Shown piece after piece: positions 27,352-39,012 of a stretch of 64,000 nucleotides of DNA. The stretch is from a virus. How positions within the stretch are numbered: position 1 is the stretch's first letter; the number at the start of each line of letters is the position of its first letter. Where the stretch lies: the IMG/VR virus record IMGVR_UViG_3300028025_000090; one strand, 5' to 3'. The translations under genes were made by a program, and so were the position numbers. Below the pieces are notes generated by a model. The model saw only the letters and a list, made by a program, of their open reading frames with translations. It ran no database searches and had not been told where the DNA came from.

Positions 27352-29564
27352 TATTCAATAAATTCTATGTTATTTACTTCCGAAGTTAAAGGTGAGAAGG
27401 ATTTGCATGTTTCCGTTACAATCTTTTTCAATTCATTTTTGATATTATCGGGGAGACTAATATTTTTAATCAAAATATCAACATGATTTGATTTGAAGGT
27501 TTGATTATTACAGACACTTTGTAATAATTCGATTTCATCTTCACTATTTCGTTGTCCCGATGGAATGGTGATAACCAGAGTATCTATACTTTGCAACCCA
27601 TTAATATATGGTAATATTAAAGACTCGTCGAAATCGACATATCTTGTATATATTTTGAAATTTTGGACATTATCATTGCCAACAAAGTCTCCGAAAAGTA
27701 TTTTCTTACCAAAAAATTGTGATTTATCGAAAGTGAACTCTTTGATAATCGTACCATTCAAATTAAAATATCCTCGTCCATTGATACTATCGATAGCAAC
27801 TGCCAACGTGTTAATCTTTAATTTTTTAAAACCTGCAATAGCATCAAAACTGATAATAGTTTCATTACTAGGATCATACAAATTCATCAGGAAGGAAATA
27901 TTACCATCATTGTTGTTATTTTTATCAATACTCAATCCACCATTAATATTATTGCGTCTACTAGAAAATGACCAATTGGTGCTATCACCGCTGAAAGTGA
28001 AGAATATGGAAAAAACACCATCCGTATTTATATTGTCGAAATAATTTATTTCTTCAAAATAATTGGAATTTTCAATTCCACATACTGGAATTTCATTTGG
28101 AGAAATTATATCGGGTAAAGAATTTAACCGTTCATATATAAATACATCATTTGGTTCAATGATGAAATCGCTTTTCTTGTCAAAAACCTGATAAGCCGAC
28201 AGACTTTGTTTGATAAGTTCATTTCCAGATACTAATTGTTCGATCAAATCAGTGTAAGTGACATTGAAAGTTGAATTGGTTGCTAATGCAGATGCCTTTT
28301 CAATACGATCAGGGTAATAATATCTATCTACCCATACTTTATTATCACTTAAAGGCGAACCAGATAACCAAGTGCATAGGTAATTTTGTCCATCAGTGTA
28401 TCCATTGGTATTATCCAATTTATAAACCTTATCAGCATACAGAGGAGTTGTATATGAAAATGCCCCCGATTCTACAAATTTTGTATCATTTATGTTGATT
28501 TTTGTGAAAGGATTTAGATCGTTTGGAGCTTTGATCGTATTTATACCACTTTTAATGATATAAGGTTTATTGTAAAATACATAATTCAAAGACAAACTTT
28601 CATCTTTTTCACTATCAATATCATTAAAAATCGATGTATATGACCTCATCTCTTTCATATAGAAAGGAGAATTGTTTGAAGATATCAATGTGTTTCCAGA
28701 TGTGAAAATATCTTCCTGAGTCAATTGGTTTTTCAAAGTGATGATCTCAACATCATCGTTTTCAGAATGCAATAGATAATTGTTAGATAAATCTTTTTCT
28801 ATCAGATTATCTGGGATGATGTTACTCTCCTCATAACCAACCAATGTGAAATTCTCATTGTTGTCAATATTGTTATAGATTTTTTTGTCAATTTTGATAT
28901 TATTCAAGGGAGCCAATATTTTATTGGCACTTGTAAATGGAACTAGAGTTAGATTATTACCTTGTTTTACGAGTATCTTACAAGACCCATCATTTCTGAA
29001 TAGGCATAACGAGTTATTAGAGCTAGAGTAAATGTAATTGAAATCTATACCAGATAATCCTAATTTTCTAGTATAAAAATTGACAGTATTGTTAGAATCT
29101 TGTGTCAGATAGTATTTTTTATAATTGTAAACTTTGTAAATGTTACAAACATTTGAATCTTTCAGATCAATTATAAAATTGGTCGAATCTGACGTAATAT
29201 CGACGAAAGAATAATCTCCATAATAATCATATTTTGTATAAATGCCAGATAATGACAATTTTAACGTATCCATTGGTTTAAATCCCAAATAAATTCCTCC
29301 AAATTTTAAAAATGTCAGAGATTCTTCCAATTTTATAACATTTTTCTCATTGAAAGTTATGTCAGACAGCTTACGTTCATCAGTCAAATAGAAAATACTA
29401 TAATTTTTATATTTGACATCTCTGATGTTAGAAAATGCGTTATAAAAATTGAATTTATACCCTCCATCATAGTATCTTTCAAATTTATTGAGCGTGGAGT
29501 TCTCATCATTGTATGAGAAATCACGAGCTTTACAGGATGATATTTTACTTATAAAGGTATCCAC
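27351..29564 (-). CDS. Virion structural protein, possible C-terminal LamG/ConA-like domain
   Basis: 737 aa; GTG start 5 nt after TAAATA; C-terminal beta-sandwich-like pattern. Confidence 0.6.
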   Translation of the reverse strand: MDTFISKISSCKARDFSYNDENSTLNKFERYYDGGYKFNFYNAFSNIRDVKYKNYSIFYLTDERKLSDITFNEKNVIKLEESLTFLKFGGIYLGFKPMDTLKLSLSGIYTKYDYYGDYSFVDITSDSTNFIIDLKDSNVCNIYKVYNYKKYYLTQDSNNTVNFYTRKLGLSGIDFNYIYSSSNNSLCLFRNDGSCKILVKQGNNLTLVPFTSANKILAPLNNIKIDKKIYNNIDNNENFTLVGYEESNIIPDNLIEKDLSNNYLLHSENDDVEIITLKNQLTQEDIFTSGNTLISSNNSPFYMKEMRSYTSIFNDIDSEKDESLSLNYVFYNKPYIIKSGINTIKAPNDLNPFTKININDTKFVESGAFSYTTPLYADKVYKLDNTNGYTDGQNYLCTWLSGSPLSDNKVWVDRYYYPDRIEKASALATNSTFNVTYTDLIEQLVSGNELIKQSLSAYQVFDKKSDFIIEPNDVFIYERLNSLPDIISPNEIPVCGIENSNYFEEINYFDNINTDGVFSIFFTFSGDSTNWSFSSRRNNINGGLSIDKNNNNDGNISFLMNLYDPSNETIISFDAIAGFKKLKINTLAVAIDSINGRGYFNLNGTIIKEFTFDKSQFFGKKILFGDFVGNDNVQNFKIYTRYVDFDESLILPYINGLQSIDTLVITIPSGQRNSEDEIELLQSVCNNQTFKSNHVDILIKNISLPDNIKNELKKIVTETCKSFSPLTSEVNNIEFIE

Positions 29565-29572
29565 ATTAGTAT

Positions 29573-30061
29573 TTAATTGAATGGTGTTTCAAGCTCAATT
29601 AAATACCCACCATTTTTGGTCACAAATTGGTGTATTTTTTTATCAAATTTGCTAATGGTGTTTATCAACGTCAAATCTTCAATACTTTGCGAATAATTAT
29701 AATTAACAACACTGATGGGAACGGTGAAAGTGGAGATATCACCATTACAATAGGATACGTAAAAATTTGCCGATAATTTTTGACTTGTTGAAGAAACACT
29801 TGGGTAATACACATGACTATAAGTGGTATTCAATACTTCTGAATACCTACTAATCGGTGAAAAAATGTTCAACATGACATCATTTTCAAAAAAATCTTCA
29901 ACATTATCACCCCAATTTATTCTTAAAAAACAAGGTAAAAATTTTTCTGAAACACCAGTCAAAACAACATTCAGTGTTGTTATATCATTCAACACCACCA
30001 AAGGCACTGTTGTTGTATTGGATGTGTTAATCGAAGATAATGATAAATATGCGGTATTCAT
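29573..30061 (-). CDS. PKD-like virion protein
   Basis: 162 aa; INWGD motif, YSHVYYP. Confidence 0.5.
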   Translation of the reverse strand: MNTAYLSLSSINTSNTTTVPLVVLNDITTLNVVLTGVSEKFLPCFLRINWGDNVEDFFENDVMLNIFSPISRYSEVLNTTYSHVYYPSVSSTSQKLSANFYVSYCNGDISTFTVPISVVNYNYSQSIEDLTLINTISKFDKKIHQFVTKNGGYLIELETPFN

Positions 30062-32589
30062 TTTTGATTGTATTGTGAAATATTTATTATTTCCAAAGGA
30101 TTCATTTTGAAATCCATTTCACTCATAACAAATTCATTTAGAGCATTCTTAATCAAGAATGATGTGGTAAATTTGTCATTTTTTGGATTGTAAGCCAATG
30201 TTGGAGATTCAAATGTGGATATTGAAGGTGAATTGACCTTTATTGGAGATAGGGAATAATCATCATATTCCAATAAAGTATGCTTTTCAGTGTCGAATTT
30301 GAATATCGAAGGTCTTACAAAGACGGAATCGACATTATTACTCGACAAGCTTCCAATAGTGGTGAAATAAATATTGCCGTCTTTGCTGTATCTATTTGAA
30401 ATATTCCCATTATGCTGAACGGTGTATACCTGTTTAGTCGGAGTCAAAAATTCACCATTTTCGAAAATCAATTTAATAATAATCAAGTTGTTTTCCGTTT
30501 CAATTGTGAGAATATCGGAAATAATATCAAATCTCTTGACAGCACTTACCGATTCCGTATACACTGACAATGGAAGAACACTCGTTAGATAACTCAATTC
30601 AGATTCAAAAGGTAAAATCTCCATTGTATATGAGTTTCTAACATACAATTTACCATTCAAATTGAATCTGTTATAAAGATTTTGAACAGGTGCTGAAGAT
30701 AATACATATTCACTTGATTTCAAAGTAGTATTATCGTAATAAATTTGAGATATAGTCGGAGAAAAATCTGGATAATCGCTACCAAACGAAGCACCATCAA
30801 TCATAAATGTGCTTAATTCGTTAGGAAAAATATTTTGAGTCATGTTTGCTGTTATAGTCGGGAACCTAGCATCCGATAAAGCTCTCCTCAATGGTGTGGA
30901 AGAATTGATACCACCCTCAATCAGTCTTGAGTAATAGAAACTACCACTCAATTCAAAAGAACTCAAATCAGACGAAGCAGCATCGATATAAGGCGTGTCT
31001 CCATCCATTATGAACAAACCTTCCAATGTTTGAAAATTTGGAAGATATTCATTTTCATAATAAAATTGATTACTATCGAAAGTTCCACCGAATATTTGAT
31101 AATACAGATCGATACTAGAAAAACCGTTAGTGAATGTGCTTAATCCTGATCTACTTGTGTAATCATATATGGTATTATCAACTGTTGAATAATTGAAATT
31201 GAAGCCTTCACCATAGAGATAGTCATAAAAAGTATGACCATTCAATATTTGATAGTATATCGGGGCAGCTTCATAAGTAGAAATAGTTTTCGTGAAGCTA
31301 TTATCATCTTTAAACAATCCGAATAAATTATTGTAAATATCGCGTTTAGAATCTTGTAAATAACCGATATTTGGCAATCTATCGAGGTATTTATCAAAAT
31401 TTGGTTCAATTTTTGATATGTATCCGTAATATTTACTGTCATTTCTTTTACTCGACGGTAATATTTGCGATTTACCAGAAGTGAAATTTTTACGAACATA
31501 GTCATTATCATTGATGAACGTGATAATATCACCATTATCACCTCTTATAGAGGGATCAGGGAAATAATAAATGGTATTTGGCTTTAGATTATCTGTATTG
31601 AAAGAGAAGCTAAGTGTTTTCCCATCGATATTGATTATCGAGGTTTTGTGAGGTCGAAAATATCCAATATCTTCCTTTGAAATTAAGATTTTTCTGTCTG
31701 TCGATGCTGTTGTCGGATAATCAACATTTAAAAAATTTTGTGATGGATCATCTGCTAATATAGCTAGACCAGATACAAAATCACTCACAGTTGAACCAGT
31801 GGACAAATAATAAAAATCACTACCGATGTATTTTTCCGTTAGTCTTCTTTTATTGTCTAAAAGGTCATTTATTTCTTTGATACCTAATTCCGAACTAGAC
31901 ATATTCGAAAACACGTCTGAAATAATTTCTGAATTATTTTTCAAGAATATATCAAATCCATAATCTAAATCTTTATTATCATAAATCTTCTCATTCGGAG
32001 TTTGGTTGAAATACAAAGGGTATGAATCATACAATTCATCAATATCGATATCAATATCGTCTTTGATTTGTTGAATATCATAATAAATTTCACCATCAGA
32101 AACATTTTCCAAATAATTTATGATATTGTTTCTTATCTCTTGCGCCAATAGATTATTAGTACCAAGTAACTTTTTCTTTGTGACTTGATATTTTGCTTCT
32201 TCTCTCTTTTTATTGTAATAATTAGCAATCTCTATTAATTTTCGACTGTAAAATGGTATTGCCAACTCCAAATCCAATGGGTCATTGAAATCCAATTGCG
32301 ATAAGAATTTCTGTTCCTCTGTTGTGGAATATTTTAAATTTATTTCTTTTATAAAATCTCTATATCTCTCAACAATAGTCAAAGAATCTTCCGATTCTTT
32401 TACATCTTTCACCCTATTCCATTTTTTCAGGTATTGAATGTAAACATTCTGTAAGTTATCAACTGAATCTTCCGTTATTTTTATAAATTCCAAGAAAGAA
32501 AATGGTTGCGACGAATCCAAAGCATTGATAATATCAACATTTGGATTTGTGATGGATTTGGGAAGTGTGATGTTTAATACGTTCTCCAT
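30058..32589 (-). CDS. Large virion structural protein (baseplate wedge region)
   Basis: 843 aa; LELAIPFYSRKLIEIANYY; operon context. Confidence 0.6.
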   Translation of the reverse strand: MENVLNITLPKSITNPNVDIINALDSSQPFSFLEFIKITEDSVDNLQNVYIQYLKKWNRVKDVKESEDSLTIVERYRDFIKEINLKYSTTEEQKFLSQLDFNDPLDLELAIPFYSRKLIEIANYYNKKREEAKYQVTKKKLLGTNNLLAQEIRNNIINYLENVSDGEIYYDIQQIKDDIDIDIDELYDSYPLYFNQTPNEKIYDNKDLDYGFDIFLKNNSEIISDVFSNMSSSELGIKEINDLLDNKRRLTEKYIGSDFYYLSTGSTVSDFVSGLAILADDPSQNFLNVDYPTTASTDRKILISKEDIGYFRPHKTSIINIDGKTLSFSFNTDNLKPNTIYYFPDPSIRGDNGDIITFINDNDYVRKNFTSGKSQILPSSKRNDSKYYGYISKIEPNFDKYLDRLPNIGYLQDSKRDIYNNLFGLFKDDNSFTKTISTYEAAPIYYQILNGHTFYDYLYGEGFNFNYSTVDNTIYDYTSRSGLSTFTNGFSSIDLYYQIFGGTFDSNQFYYENEYLPNFQTLEGLFIMDGDTPYIDAASSDLSSFELSGSFYYSRLIEGGINSSTPLRRALSDARFPTITANMTQNIFPNELSTFMIDGASFGSDYPDFSPTISQIYYDNTTLKSSEYVLSSAPVQNLYNRFNLNGKLYVRNSYTMEILPFESELSYLTSVLPLSVYTESVSAVKRFDIISDILTIETENNLIIIKLIFENGEFLTPTKQVYTVQHNGNISNRYSKDGNIYFTTIGSLSSNNVDSVFVRPSIFKFDTEKHTLLEYDDYSLSPIKVNSPSISTFESPTLAYNPKNDKFTTSFLIKNALNEFVMSEMDFKMNPLEIINISQYNQK

Positions 32590-32594
32590 TTTTA

Positions 32595-34676
32595 TTATTT
32601 AACCAAAGATAATGATTGATAAAGCGTATCACGTAATACAATTCCCATTGTGAAGTCTTTGTAAGACGGTGTGACATATTCACTGAGAATATAATCCCCG
32701 TTTTCATCCAAAATCGGATCATTATCACTATCTCTAATAATATTTTCTCCAGATAACATGCTATATAACGTATTATCTTTGATTATGGTGTTATCATACA
32801 GAGTATTGTCGAAAGTATCGACATATTCGAAAAATAGATAATATTTTTCTATATCTTCAAATTGGAAAGTATCAGGTAATACCAACGGCCATCCCCAATT
32901 TTGATTATAGGATGATAATGTATAGACAGTATTTGTAGTATATTCAACAGGCTGCTCAGTATTCAATAGGGAGTATTTATTACTGAATTTTTCCAGTGCT
33001 ACAATAGGAGTTCCAGCAGATACCACATAAGTATTCGTGTTTATCTGATCTCCGAGATTGATACCGTATACACTCTTAGATGAGTATCCTCTCAAATCGA
33101 AATTTTCTTTGAATTTGTTATTAATACCTAACAATTTATTGTTGCTGATGGAAAAAAGATCCAAAATTCTTTTAACTTTTTCTGGATAGGTGAAAGAATT
33201 GTTTTCAAACACATTATTCGATGCGTTCAGCATTTTCATTTGTGAAATCAATGGGAATATCTCATTCTTATCAACATCTTGAATATTTTGAACAAAATTT
33301 GTTATTTTTTCGTATATCTTCTTGCCAAGAGTATCATAAGATGAAGTCAATGTTCCAAATATAGACCCAATAAACTCATCAAACAGCATACTATCATCCA
33401 AAAGAAATTCTTGGAATCGTAAATCCTTGAACATTTCAGTGGCATCGTAACTCTCATTCTTTTTCTCAATTGTTAAGAAATTCTGTGGATAAACATCAAA
33501 TACAGATGTCTCACCATTCAAAGAATATGCGCTACCTTGGACAGATGATACTGATCCAGATACCGTGATTTTAACATCATTTATTTTGTTTGGCGATGTG
33601 AAACGTATGGTATTTCTTATTGCACCACTGAAAGAATCTTTAGCTGATATTGTATAATATTGAGATGAAATAACTTCGTTTGAAGATAACACCGTATATA
33701 CCAAGTTTGAAGCAGAAAGAGGTTTAAAATTCTTAACTGTAAAGTGTTCTGAATCTTTAACTTTGATGACAAAGGGAATATCAACGTTTGAAAACTTTTG
33801 AGAATCTATATCGAAAGAATTTTCAACATAAAATTCACCATCCATACCATTTGATGTGACACTAAAATTATCTACTTCATTGTTTTGAATAATATTAGCA
33901 GATAGAGACACTTTCAAATTATTATTCCATATGTTATTGTTTCTTTTATCAAAGAAAAGATCGATTTGTAATTTGTTGACACTATCGTCTTTGAAATAGA
34001 CTTGCTTGTTACCTGATAGACCAACATAAAACGCTGATACATCTGTGGAATTAGTCTGTATGATACTATTATTTGATATCTTAGCATATACTGGAACTGT
34101 ATCCATTTCAATTTTATCAATCTCAATATATTCATATTGCTTTTTTGTCTGATTGTATATCTTTTCAAAAAAAGAATATGTATTTCTTAAATGTCTGAAC
34201 TTATCTGGAGTATCTTGGAAATAATACTCACTACCACTTCCGCTTATTCTGTAGAATATGGTGGAAGGAGTGACATTACTTGGGTAAGTTGCTGAAGCAA
34301 TTAAAGGACCTGATATCTTTCCATTTTTCCATATAATATTGTCATAATACGATACATCTTCAAAGTCTATTTTAAAGGTGTTTACCAAATAGTCTTTGAT
34401 ATCAACTGTTTTGATTGTATTTGATATGATGGCATTTGAATAGCAATCAAAAATTGTTAGATTGGTATCATATTTTCCAGGCTTATCGTAATATTTGTTA
34501 GCAGTTAATGATGTGGAATACGTACCATCACCAAAATCCCACAAAACTCTAATATATGTAAAATTATTGACATTTGGTATAAATTTTAACGGCGTTTCTT
34601 TTAGAGCATATGCACTAAGAACTTGTTCGTTTTTATAATCAATGATTTTAAAATCAAATTGTTGGTAATTACTCAT
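32595..34676 (-). CDS. Baseplate wedge protein (gp7-like) with PKD domain
   Basis: VLWDFGDGT PKD motif; directly downstream of gp6. Confidence 0.55.
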   Translation of the reverse strand: MSNYQQFDFKIIDYKNEQVLSAYALKETPLKFIPNVNNFTYIRVLWDFGDGTYSTSLTANKYYDKPGKYDTNLTIFDCYSNAIISNTIKTVDIKDYLVNTFKIDFEDVSYYDNIIWKNGKISGPLIASATYPSNVTPSTIFYRISGSGSEYYFQDTPDKFRHLRNTYSFFEKIYNQTKKQYEYIEIDKIEMDTVPVYAKISNNSIIQTNSTDVSAFYVGLSGNKQVYFKDDSVNKLQIDLFFDKRNNNIWNNNLKVSLSANIIQNNEVDNFSVTSNGMDGEFYVENSFDIDSQKFSNVDIPFVIKVKDSEHFTVKNFKPLSASNLVYTVLSSNEVISSQYYTISAKDSFSGAIRNTIRFTSPNKINDVKITVSGSVSSVQGSAYSLNGETSVFDVYPQNFLTIEKKNESYDATEMFKDLRFQEFLLDDSMLFDEFIGSIFGTLTSSYDTLGKKIYEKITNFVQNIQDVDKNEIFPLISQMKMLNASNNVFENNSFTYPEKVKRILDLFSISNNKLLGINNKFKENFDLRGYSSKSVYGINLGDQINTNTYVVSAGTPIVALEKFSNKYSLLNTEQPVEYTTNTVYTLSSYNQNWGWPLVLPDTFQFEDIEKYYLFFEYVDTFDNTLYDNTIIKDNTLYSMLSGENIIRDSDNDPILDENGDYILSEYVTPSYKDFTMGIVLRDTLYQSLSLVK

Positions 34677-36474
34677 TTACTATTGAAATTTTTTGATATA
34701 TTGATTGGGGATTGAAGAAATATGGAAATTTGAAGAATGGTAATGTTGTCGTTTGGTTGATAATAAGATCATCAACGTCTTCATAAATAGCATTCCATGA
34801 TACAAATGAAATACCATTGAAAATCTCATTACCATTTCTTGTTCTTATATTGGCGACTCCTTCCAAACTTAATATGTCCGATGTCAGCGATGAAATATCC
34901 AGCTTTTGCCCTAAGACATTTCTTGAACTATCGAAAAACGACAAGATGATATCACCAACTTTCTTTTTCAAATTTTCAGGATTTGTTTTAGAATCGTTTC
35001 TACGAACAATTTCCAATTTACTTGTATCCAAGACGCTTTTACTTGCGACACCATTGGTAAATCCAATATCGAAAGCGACATAAATTGGATCACGAGGGAC
35101 TACTTCGTGGCTTAAAATTTTTCTATCTTTTGTTTTTTCAATGATCAAATTTTTCAAACTATTTGACAGAAATGGTGGATATGTCCCATCATCTTTCAGA
35201 CTAAATTTAGGAACGCAGAACACGTTTACATTATTGAAGTCACAAGAATCTGCGAAATTTACTTGGTTTATAATTACTCTGTTTGATTTATTGGGATCAA
35301 CACAAATTTTGTAGAAATAGTCAATGTAACTATCAATGAAAATTTTATTATTGACAGTCTTAACAGAAGAAATGATATTCGATATCTCTTTGTTCAAGAA
35401 AGTATCATAATCATCCTCAGTTACCAATTTTATTTGAGAATTTAAATATTTGGGAACGTTGTTTTTGATTTGTTCAACACTTTCTGCTTCTGATATAGCA
35501 GTGGAATTGTCGGTATTGGTGAAATACAGAAACGAATTGTTTACAGAATCAATGACATTTTCACTGTTGGAATTTGTAGTATCATTATAGATTTGAGTAA
35601 ATCTAGTGGAGTTAAAATTAAACAATTTGTTACCATTGATAGCACCTTTACTGATAATACCATTGAGGTTATCACTCAGGATGTAATAAATTGCAACTTC
35701 ATCACCAGATTCAATTTTTCTACCGAAAATACCATTACCGAATTTGACTTCATAGAACCCTGAATCGTTTAAACGAACACTGTAGTAACGATCATCGTTT
35801 TTAGCGAGGAAAATGTTATCCAATTCTTGGTATTCATACCATTTACCATCACTCTTTTCTTTGACATACACACTGATACTTCCATCAGAAATAAATCTTG
35901 TATCGTTAGTATCAACTCTATTAACTACCACAATTGGAAGAGTTTCAAACTCATCGCCATTTGCAGTATATATCGGGTATTCACCGACTGTGCCTTGATA
36001 AAGGATCAAATTATTTTTGATACTATCAATATCCTGAGAACCAGTAATTGATTTTTCAAAATTGAAATCCTCCAATATCGTGTATTGGATTTTATCAACC
36101 AAGAAATATCCATATTTTCTTAATGTGTAATTACCCACTCCCAAAGAACTACTTGCCACACATGACACGGGAACTAGAGATGTTTGTTTACCAGTTGGCT
36201 TATACCCAACCAAATTTACAATTTTGTTAATATTCTCATAAATCGTAGCTTGAGAAAACATACTCTCCGAAGCTGTCTGATTCAAATAAAACAGTAAGAC
36301 ATGGTAACTAAAAGCGATGATATCAATAAAAGAAGCTAAGTTACTCCCCTCATAATTCTGATCAGTGAAATTAGAATTTTCATTCAATTTTTGAATGATG
36401 AAATCTTTGAGAGAAAGCGCATCGAAATTGATGTAAGCGTTTTTCGGTAAATTGTATTCAATAGATTCTTTCAT
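34669..36474 (-). CDS. gp6: Baseplate wedge subunit (T4 gp6-like)
   Basis: FTDQNYEGSNLASFIDIIAF, ESMFSQA, LVGYKP, FGNGIFG, AESVEQIKNN, LVTEDDY. Confidence 0.9.
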   Translation of the reverse strand: MKESIEYNLPKNAYINFDALSLKDFIIQKLNENSNFTDQNYEGSNLASFIDIIAFSYHVLLFYLNQTASESMFSQATIYENINKIVNLVGYKPTGKQTSLVPVSCVASSSLGVGNYTLRKYGYFLVDKIQYTILEDFNFEKSITGSQDIDSIKNNLILYQGTVGEYPIYTANGDEFETLPIVVVNRVDTNDTRFISDGSISVYVKEKSDGKWYEYQELDNIFLAKNDDRYYSVRLNDSGFYEVKFGNGIFGRKIESGDEVAIYYILSDNLNGIISKGAINGNKLFNFNSTRFTQIYNDTTNSNSENVIDSVNNSFLYFTNTDNSTAISEAESVEQIKNNVPKYLNSQIKLVTEDDYDTFLNKEISNIISSVKTVNNKIFIDSYIDYFYKICVDPNKSNRVIINQVNFADSCDFNNVNVFCVPKFSLKDDGTYPPFLSNSLKNLIIEKTKDRKILSHEVVPRDPIYVAFDIGFTNGVASKSVLDTSKLEIVRRNDSKTNPENLKKKVGDIILSFFDSSRNVLGQKLDISSLTSDILSLEGVANIRTRNGNEIFNGISFVSWNAIYEDVDDLIINQTTTLPFFKFPYFFNPQSIYQKISIVNE

Positions 36475-36484
36475 TTTTTATTAT

Positions 36485-36970
36485 TTAGAGGATAGTGTAA
36501 CCGATGGTATTTAATTTTGATTTGATACTTAAACCTTCCACATCTAAAGATGGAATATTGATTTGTAGAAAAATTTGATATTCCTGTGCATCGGGATCAG
36601 CAATTACTGAAACATCTGTCACTGTAATTCTTGGTTCTAAAAGAGGTAATCTTCTTGAGATGTCATCTTCGATGATTTCTGAGGTATAATCATCCACAGG
36701 TTCAAACAGAAATCTTCTCAGATCGATACCAAAGGTAGGATTCAATATCTTTTGACCAGGTGCTGTCAAGAAACAATTAACAATACTATTTTTAATCGCT
36801 TCGACATCGAATATAGCTTGAATATCCTTCAAATTCTCTTTTCTATTCAATTGGTTATTGTAAGAATAAGCTGGCTTGAGGTCAAAATCGACATCTTTAT
36901 ACAAATATCCAGAAGAACTTGCATTTTTTTGTGCTTTTGACTTTTGAAGAGATGATATTTTAATACTCAC
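36485..36970 (-). CDS. gp25: Baseplate wedge subunit (gp25-like)
   Basis: YKDVDFDL, AIKNSIVNCFLTAPGQKILNPTFGIDL..FLFEP, LEPRITV; GTG start 5 nt after TAAATA. Confidence 0.9.
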   Translation of the reverse strand: MSIKISSLQKSKAQKNASSSGYLYKDVDFDLKPAYSYNNQLNRKENLKDIQAIFDVEAIKNSIVNCFLTAPGQKILNPTFGIDLRRFLFEPVDDYTSEIIEDDISRRLPLLEPRITVTDVSVIADPDAQEYQIFLQINIPSLDVEGLSIKSKLNTIGYTIL

Positions 36971-36975
36971 ATTAT

Positions 36976-36996
36976 TATTTAATTGATGACTAAATA
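36976..36996. promoter_or_regulatory. Back-to-back divergent late promoters
   Basis: TATTTA 36976-36981 (minus-strand TAAATA, 5 nt from GTG 36970) and TAAATA 36991-36996 (5 nt from ATG 37002). Confidence 0.75.
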
Positions 36997-37001
36997 ATCA
37001 T

Positions 37002-38189
37002 ATGCCTAAGATTTCCCAATATGATCCAGCGACAACACCTCTATCTGGTGGTGAGACTTTTATTTTGAATCAAAAAGGGGTAACATACAATACTTCTTTA
37101 AGCTCTATCAAAAATTATACGGACACCACACTTCGTAGCTTATCCGCTAATTATGCTAGAGTGAACGTTAATAATAATTTTTCAACGACTCAAACTTTTG
37201 CTACAAGTGCGATCAATATAGGCAGCTTACCGATTAGCGCAACACGAGCTAATAGCTTTTTTGTAGGTAAAAGTGCTGGTAATGGTGCTACAGGTGTAAC
37301 TGGTTCCAATTTCATAGGTAAGAATGCTGGTAGTGGTGCTACATTTGCAGGTTATTCCAATTTTATAGGTCAAGATGCTGGTAGTGGTGCTACAAATGCG
37401 AGTAGTTCTAACTTTTTGGGGCAAAATGCTGGTAAAGACGCTCTAACTTCTAATGGTTCTAATTTCATAGGTCAGGATGCTGGTGTTGGTGCTGAAAATG
37501 CAAGTGATTCTAACTTCATAGGTAGTTTCGCTGGTAAATATGCATCAGATTCTAGTACATCTAATTTCTTAGGTTATAAAGCTGGTTATCTTGCTGTATT
37601 TGCATTCGACTCTAATTTCTTAGGTAGAAATGCTGGTCATCAATCTAGTGTCGCTATGGCAGGTGCAAATAATTCCAATTTTTTAGGATATAATGCTGGT
37701 GATGTTGCTACCTATGCAAATAATTCCAATTTCTTAGGTCAGAATGCTGGTGAGCGTGCTACTAATGCGAAAAATTCCAATTTCTTAGGTCAGAATGCTG
37801 GTGGCGGTAGCACTGGTGTCTATGCTTCAAATGCAGGTTATTCTAATTTCTTCGGTCAGAATGCTGGTTATGGTGCTACAAATGCAAGTAATTCTAATTT
37901 CTTTGGTAAGGATGCTGGTAGTGGTGCTACAAATGCAAATAATTCTATTTTCATAGGTGAAGAAGCTGGTGCTAATGCTATTAATGCGAATAATTCTATC
38001 TTCATTGGTTCTAACTCTGGAGCATCTTTATCTGGTTGTATTGCTTTAGGCACTGGTGCTGTCCCTACTGCACGTAATCAATTTGTTCTTGGTTCATCAT
38101 CAGTTCCACTATCAACAGTAGACGGTGGCAATTCTTTAGTTATAAGAATAAACGGCACTCTTAAAAAGATAGCTTTGCTTTCTGTCTAA
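37002..38189 (+). CDS. Repeat-rich tail fibre/adhesin (14-aa SNFxGxxAG repeats)
   Basis: Many units such as NASSSNFLGQNAG; N-terminus KISQYDPATTPLSGGETF typical of a fibre attachment domain. Confidence 0.7.
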   Translation: MPKISQYDPATTPLSGGETFILNQKGVTYNTSLSSIKNYTDTTLRSLSANYARVNVNNNFSTTQTFATSAINIGSLPISATRANSFFVGKSAGNGATGVTGSNFIGKNAGSGATFAGYSNFIGQDAGSGATNASSSNFLGQNAGKDALTSNGSNFIGQDAGVGAENASDSNFIGSFAGKYASDSSTSNFLGYKAGYLAVFAFDSNFLGRNAGHQSSVAMAGANNSNFLGYNAGDVATYANNSNFLGQNAGERATNAKNSNFLGQNAGGGSTGVYASNAGYSNFFGQNAGYGATNASNSNFFGKDAGSGATNANNSIFIGEEAGANAINANNSIFIGSNSGASLSGCIALGTGAVPTARNQFVLGSSSVPLSTVDGGNSLVIRINGTLKKIALLSV

Positions 38190-38207
38190 TTCAGATTAAA
38201 TCTTGAG

Positions 38208-39008
38208 ATGAAAGAAATATTTTTTGTCGGTGGGCTACCAAGATCTGGTAGCACACTACTTATGAATTTATTGGCACAGAATGAAAATGTATTCTGTACT
38301 CCTACCTCTGGTTTACCAAATCTATTAAACAATATCAAGGTTTCTTGGTCTAATATGTTAGAACACCGTGCTGATAAAAATGCTTCTGCCGATGAAAATT
38401 TGAAAAGAATACTCAATACGGTGTTTTATAATTATCATAACACTGATAAACCATTTATCTTTGATAAATCGAGAGCATGGGGACATAATATAGAGATGAT
38501 CGAAGCGATAACAGGTAAAAAAGTTAAAATTATCGCTCCTGTAAGAGATATTAAAGATGTTTTAGCTTCTTTCGAGTCTTTATACAGAAAAGGCTCATAT
38601 AAATTCCCACCTCAAGGTCCGATGCCTCAATGTGTGACAACTCAAGGTAGGGTGCAACACTGGGGTAGTCTACAAGGTGAAGTAGGAGCAGCATATGCAA
38701 TTCTACAAGATGCATTTTTAAGAGGTTACAGCGATAGGTTTCTTTTGATTGATTATGATTACCTTACACATAATCCAAAATATGTTATGGATAGAGTTTG
38801 GGAATTTTTGGATATTCCTAAAATTGAACACGATTTTGATAATATAGTCAATAAAACACCAGAGGACGATACAGTATATAATTACGTTGATTTACATACA
38901 ATAAAAAATTCTATTATCCCTTCCAAGTCTAAAGCAAATGAGATTTTAGGAGAAGATATATGTAAAACATTAAAAGGTTACGAATTTTGGAAAAATTTAG
39001 CTAAATAA
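38208..39008 (+). CDS. Sulfotransferase family protein
   Basis: 5'-PSB loop GGLPRSGSTLL, DKSRAW, 3'-PB RDIKDVLAS. Confidence 0.85.
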   Translation: MKEIFFVGGLPRSGSTLLMNLLAQNENVFCTPTSGLPNLLNNIKVSWSNMLEHRADKNASADENLKRILNTVFYNYHNTDKPFIFDKSRAWGHNIEMIEAITGKKVKIIAPVRDIKDVLASFESLYRKGSYKFPPQGPMPQCVTTQGRVQHWGSLQGEVGAAYAILQDAFLRGYSDRFLLIDYDYLTHNPKYVMDRVWEFLDIPKIEHDFDNIVNKTPEDDTVYNYVDLHTIKNSIIPSKSKANEILGEDICKTLKGYEFWKNLAK

Positions 39009-39012
39009 TAAC